A stretch of DNA of 64,000 nt from Scyliorhinus canicula. Its lineage: Eukaryota. The stretch is from assembly GCF_902713615.1 (NCBI RefSeq), contig NC_052151.1:203765974-203829973 (forward strand), written 5' to 3'. Under the pieces are notes generated by a model, which saw only the letters and a list, made by a program, of their open reading frames with translations, did no database searches and had not been told where the DNA came from. This document shows, in pieces, positions 58,144 through 64,000 of this stretch (positions within the stretch are counted from its first letter, which is position 1; each line of letters begins with the position of its first letter). The position numbers and the translations under genes were made by a program.

Positions 58144-60213
58144 GAATGTCACTCTCCGCTCCCGAATAGCCTCTTTGGATAACATCTTATCTTGCAACAC
58201 CGGAGGTGGCAGCCCCAGGAATGATGGTCCCTCTCCCTTTCATAGTCCCTCGCCGGCAGGTACCTGAACGCATTCCCCTGAGGCAATTGATTATGTATCA
58301 AGTTCTTCCAAACCTACAAACGTATGCCCTACAAACAAGTCCTAGAACTACTCTATCCCCACGGCCACTATCCCCGGACCTCCCATCCAGCCCAGCCAGC
58401 ACAGACCTATGATTATCACATATTGGCGCCCACACGGTCATGTTTCCAACGCGCAATGTTGCCTTCACTGGGTCCAGATTAGGAGCGATCGGACAACCAC
58501 TGGGGCTCACAGAATACCGGGCTGCCAAAACGTAAGGCACGCCAACAAAAGTGTCCTCAGACTCATTATCCTACATGATGCTGCCTCCATCCAGACCCAA
58601 CCCGACCACCCTTCACTGCCATTTCTTGACCATTGCAATATTTGTGGGCCAATCGTAATTCAGCAAACTCAGCATTATCAGCCTCCCCGCCCTCCTCACA
58701 AAAAGACCCTCCTCACCCGCAGGGATCTCCCCGCCCACACAAAGCTCGAAAATATCCCATTTACCTTCCTAAGAAATGACTTGGGAAGAAAGATAGTGAG
58801 GCTCTGGAACACAAACAGGAACTTGGGCAGCACCGTCACTTTAACCGTCTGCGCGCGCCCAGCCCATGATGCATCCCATCTCCTGAAGTCCGCCTTCAAA
58901 ATCTAAACCAACCACTTGAAATTCAATTTGTAAAGCTGGGCCCAGCACCACGCCACCTGTACCCCGAGATACCGAAAGCTCATGCCCACCACCCGGAACG
59001 GTAATGCTCTAGCCTCCTCTGCCCTCTGGCATTAATAAGGAACCCCTCACTATCCCCCATGTTCAATTCATACTCGAGAAACGGCCATAGTCCAGCTGGA
59101 TCTCCAAATTACTATCACAATTCTCCTCTGGATCCCAGATATAGAGCTGAAGATCGTCTGCATACAATGAAATTCTGTGCTCGGCCCTTTCCCTCTTAAT
59201 CCCTTTCCAACCTCTGGACGTCCTTAGTGCCATTGCCTATCTGGCTCTATCGCCAGAGCAAAAAGTAACAGGGAGAGGGGATATCTCTTCATTTTCCCAT
59301 GATTCAAACCGAATTACCCCAAATTAGACCTGTTCGCCCGGACACTAGCCATCGGCGCACTATACAGCAGCTGAACCCAATCCATGAAACCGTGGCCAAA
59401 CCCAAACCACTCCAGCACATCCATCAAATACGCCCACTCAACTCGATCGAAAGTCTTCTGCACGTCCATTTTGACCTCTGCCTCCACCTCCTGTCCCTCC
59501 GAGGGCTTCACAATGACATTGAAAAATTTGCACATTTGTCAGCAAGTGCCTCCCCTTAACAAAGCCCACCTGGTCCTCCCCTATCAGCACAGGCACACAT
59601 TCCTCTATCTGCGACACTAACACTTTCGTATCCACGTTTAACAGTGAAACCAGGTATACGACCCACACTGCTCCTGGTCCTTATCCTTCTTTAAGTCCAG
59701 CGAAATGGACAAGTGCGACAATGTACGGGGAAGCAACCTCCTTAACCTCGACTCATTATACATCCCCATCATCAGGAGCTCCTGCTCCGCAGCAAACCCC
59801 TTATTGAACTCAGCTGGAAGCCCATCTCGCCCCGGTACCATTCGCACCATCGAGCTTATGCTTCCATCACCTCCCGGAGTCCAATTGGTGCCGCAAACCC
59901 TTGCATCTGCTCATGCAGTCCTGGGAACCCCAGCCCATTCAAGAAAGCTTCCACAGGCTCCGACCCACACAACCTTCTGTAAAACGCCTCAAATACCCCT
60001 TTCAGTCTCTCTGGGGCTGACACCATCTTGCCTCACTCATCCCTCACCCTTCCAATCTCCCTCGCCGCTGCTTGCTTCCCCAGTTGGTGCGCCAACATGC
60101 TGCTCGCTTTTTCCTCATACTCATACACTGTCCCTCTGGCCTCCGCAATTTCGCACCCAACTTCCAAACCAACCCAAACTCCATCTGGAGTCTCTGTCCC
60201 TCCATTAACCATT

Positions 60214-60552
60214 GGGCAGCACGGTAGCATAGTGGTTAGCACAATTGCTTCACAGCTCCAGGGTTCCAGGTTCGATTCCCGGCTGGGTCACTGGCTGTGC
60301 GGAGTCTGCCCGTGTCTTTGTAGGTTTCCTCCAGGTGCTCCGGTTTCCTCCCAAAGTCCAAAGATGTGCAGGGTAGGTGGATTGGCCATGATAAATTGCC
60401 CTTAGTGTCCAAAATTGCCCTTAGTGTTGGGTGGGGTTACTGGGTTATGGGGATAAGGTGGAGGTGTTAAGCTTGGGTAGGGTGCTCTTTCCAAGAGCCG
60501 GTGCAGACTCGATGGGCCGAATGGCCTCCTTCTGCACTGTAAATTCTATGAA
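60214..60552 (+). mobile_element. HE1-type SINE, full length
   Basis: Complete head, V-domain and tail. Confidence 0.92.
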
Positions 60553-62727
60553 ATGAAATTAATAACTCCTCTTGCGCAGCCGAGTAACTCCACTATCAAA
60601 ATATCGTCCCGAGCCTCATTCTCTCCTCTCGGTCCACCCTGTGTGCCCGAAATGAGATAAATTCGCCCCTTCAGTGCCTGCCACAGAGTGGTGACCGTGA
60701 CCTGTCCCATGTCGTTCAGCTCTACATAACTTAGGATGGCCACCCTCAACTTTAACACACCACCGTATCCGACACAAATCCCTCATCCAATCTTCACTGT
60801 GGCCGTTCGGCCTCTGCCTGTGCCATTCGCAAGTCCACCCAGTGTGATGCGTGGTTAGAGACCACGATTGCCAAGTACTTTGAATCGCCTACCCCCACCG
60901 ACAGCACGTTATTCATCACAAGTCCTGATAGATATGCAGCTCGTTCTCCTCCTATGTGCACTTCTTTGGCTTCCTCGCCCACCTCAAAATCTTCTCTTTA
61001 TCGACAAAATGATACAGCATCACCACTATCAAATTCAGCGGCTCCCTACTTGTGGCCTCCTACTTGGCGCAATGTGTGCTTGATCAGAACGACAATGCCT
61101 TTTTTAACTTTAAAGACTGTGCAGAAAAATCAATTCTCTACAGGAGTGATGGCATAAGAAATAGAGGTTGGTTCGTGTTACAAACAAAACTTTATAAAAC
61201 AAAAAACATAATGCAGATTTTGAAACTTGAAACCGAACAAGAACCACTTATGTGTATATTTTACCCCACCAAAGATTTCCCATTAAAATGAACATACCGA
61301 CCTATGCTCCACCTACAGAGATAGACAAAAATGATATTGCATTCACGGAACATATTCCCCCTTCTGCTACTGGCTTTTCAAATTCGTTTGCCCACGCCTT
61401 TGCGAACATGATTCTTTTCTCTTTCTAAACTCCACCCAGCCAGTCAAACAATAATTGTGTGCTGGGTGGCCAGACTTCACCTCACCATTGCTATCTGGGC
61501 TTTTGGTTGCCCACTTCCATTTACACAAAAGAACAGGTCTATCTGTGAATATACAATTAAACTCAAATTTAGAGCAAAATCAGCCACCAGACTCTGTAAT
61601 GGACTCAGAACTGGTCAGATCAGAGTGTTCTGGAGGACAATGGAGCATGAGTGAATCACCGCAACTGAACAAGGTTACCCTGTTTATTCCCATGAAAGAG
61701 TTTAAGCCTGAATGGGCAAAGTATCTCAGGCCAGGTGTGGGTATATGTCTCTGCATCAGTGCTAGCAGTTTTACCCTCAGTCTGTTAGCCCTAAATTGCC
61801 ATTGCATCTTCGATCCCATTTCCGGATCGAATTTCCTCACATCTTCCTAGAGTAAGACCTTCCGCCTACAGAAAACAATGAAACGTCAATGTACCCAAAT
61901 GGCTTCATTTTAGAACACTTTCCAAATTTAAACATTTCTTAAGATTATATACAATTTATATTCGATGCAATATATTTAATTTTACAAATTTAAACAAGCA
62001 AACATCACATGAATATAATCCGTTGTAGTCTTATCCCATGACACAGTAGTGTTAAGGCATCAACAGTCACATTCTATTTCGGACAAACATTTGTACTAGT
62101 TCAATCCAAGTAGTCCTGGCATTATTAAACGTAAAAGTGGTCTCTGTAATAATTTTCAGATTGTTGCACAACAGAAAACTTAATCAGCAATTAAATTACA
62201 TGCAGTTGCCTGGTTTTACCCGCAGAGTATTCCACTTTATTGTAAGGCAGATTGCTGATCGAAGGTTCAGCATTCATTGTCAGTCCTACACATTTATCAA
62301 CTATTTTGTATTCTACCTCGTTTGCTTTCTGCTGTGGATAGTCAAGGAAATAAAAGGTAACATATGATGCATGTGGACAATGTAAAACACCAATCATTGC
62401 ATGTTGAATGCTTGCGGGGTATTCTGGCTAAATTTGTGCCAGCCCTTCAGCCTCCAGATTCCGTATTCAACCACTCACTCTGTGAAATGGTGAGACAGCG
62501 TCCTCAATCTCATGCAGATGATTGATGGCATATTGGGGGTTCTGTGTAATTTGATTCAAGTTCTCAGCTTTCTTCCAAATCTGTCTTTCCAAGCTAGCTT
62601 TCTCTTCCATATAACGATCAGTGATACCTTCTGTTTGACATCGTTCCCATGCCAGCTGCCTCCTAGCCTTCAGTTCCTCATTAACTTTGTCAAAGAGTTC
62701 CGTTTTGCGTTTACATAAATCTGCCAT

Positions 62728-64000
62728 CTCTGTTTGTGCCTATGCTAACTTTAGTGGATTGAGCATGCATGGGCTTTGTTTAATGGGAAAGCATTTCTGA
62801 TATTTACATCATAGAGTCGCACAATAGTAGTGGTTAGCACAACTGCCTCACAGTGGCAGAGACCAGGTTTGAACTCCACCAGGGATTGGACATGCTAAAT
62901 CGTCCCTTCGTGTCCAAAGGTAAGAGGGCGGAGGGGGCTATGATTACAGAGATTTGGCGGGGCCTAGATAAGGTGCACTTTCAGAGGACCCGTGTACTAC
63001 CGGTGGGCTAAGGGCCTCCTTCCACACTGTGGGGAATCTATTCTACCTCTTCTCAATGAGTTCCACCGACTAAGACTTCCTCCTTCTTTCCTTCTCTATC
63101 GAATTGCCTTTTGAGCATATTAACATGACACATTCTGTGACACCTTATGGGATTCTTCTCAAATAATTCACCTCACTCAGTTTCCTTTCAATCTGATAAG
63201 GCCCACTAAAGCTTCCTGTTAATGGTTCCCCTACCATTGGCAACAATACTCGTTCTTTCTCCCCAGTAACACAATTACGAATTTCGGATTTCTTATTCGC
63301 CTCTTTTTTCTCACGTTTTTCACAATTTTAAATGCCTTCGGGCCAAATCAAAAACCCGGTTTCGGCTCTCCATGCAGTTTGACATCGTCCAACAACGTAG
63401 TCTCTGCCCTGTGACTCACGGAGTTCTCTTTCATCATTTTAAGTGGTCCTCTCACGTCATGAGCAAACATCAATTCAAATGAACTAAGTTTAGTGGAATA
63501 ATTGCAAATAGTACAAATGAAATTCCTTAATACGGATCCTCTGGGTAATCCTGACTTTAGGCACTCAACATGGTCTTCATCGTTTGATGCATCATTCTAA
63601 TATCATTCAGAGTGATTCAGAATGGCATGTCAGTTAAGTTAAACTGCTTTACTCCTGAACTATACATTACTTCGACACAAAATTGGATCCCTGATCTCAT
63701 TGAATTTCTTTTGATAGTCCGTGCCTCTATTAAAGAAAATTGGTTAGTTCTTCTGCAACCCTCTTCGATGTTAGATTTCTTAAAGGAGCTGCCTTCGGAA
63801 ATTGATGTAGAGACATCAATTATGTTCAACAGATACTGATTCCTACTTTTGGTTTGAGGCAGGGGTCCAACATAATCAATGAAGAACCTTGCAAATGATG
63901 CCTCAAATGCAGGGATGATTATTAAATGTGCTGGTTTGATTACCGCCTGAGGGTACCCTTTTACCTGACATGCGCAAAAATTTAAATGAATTGAGTTTCG
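62728..64000 (-). mobile_element. Decayed Gypsy pol (integrase followed by RT N-terminus; Gmr1-like order), with a SINE at about 62820-63045
   Basis: IPAFEA.F.R..IDYVGPLPQTKS.NQYLL, HQTMKTML, HDVRGPLK, SGPYQIERKLSEVNY, CHVNMLK; then PIKQ.P..LNPLKL at about 62730-62810. Confidence 0.8.

Larger units (their letters stand above)
57110..60960 (-). mobile_element. L1/Tx1 ORF2, decayed, with two SINE insertions
   Basis: PGRDGLPAEF, SLLNVDTK, QVGFVKGR, FDRVEWAYL, LYADDL (about 59150), YLGV, KVTVLPKFLFVFQ, IQFKMLH. Confidence 0.88.

Noticed and set aside
60214-60290. tRNA genes at SINE heads (also 28234, 48996, 52232, 55905)
   Set aside because: A/B boxes belong to tRNA-derived SINEs; there is no cloverleaf, and SINE bodies follow.
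31934-64000. LTR at 31.9 kb and pol at 63-64 kb as one provirus
   Set aside because: 30 kb apart with host genes in between and very different levels of decay.

Overview
Eukaryotic, repeat-dense vertebrate DNA, almost certainly from a cartilaginous fish (shark/catshark-type HE1 V-SINEs, CR1/HER1-type LINEs, DeuSINEs, shark-type GPCR and NLR families). Most of the window is transposable-element debris, often nested: CR1 LINEs including a very young family, L1/Tx1 LINEs, SINEs, Penelope-like elements with hammerhead ribozyme motifs, Gypsy LTR pieces, and a Mutator/Phantom-like DNA transposon with foldback TIRs. There are also two minisatellites (63 bp and about 52 bp). Host genes: (1) the main coding exon of a GPR139-like class A GPCR (16477-17390, +), plus a decayed paralog at about 47.6-47.9 kb (-); (2) a GCNT3-like core 2/4 beta-1,6-GlcNAc transferase, unusually split into two coding exons (39364-40125 + 42534-43073, 433 aa), with a young CR1 inserted 23 nt from the splice acceptor; (3) the first exons of a shark-type NLR gene (54642-54733, 56639-56805). 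One assembly gap (40164-40377). No prokaryotic-type systems, CRISPR arrays, rRNA or true tRNA genes were seen. All calls were made by eye, and repeat boundaries are approximate.
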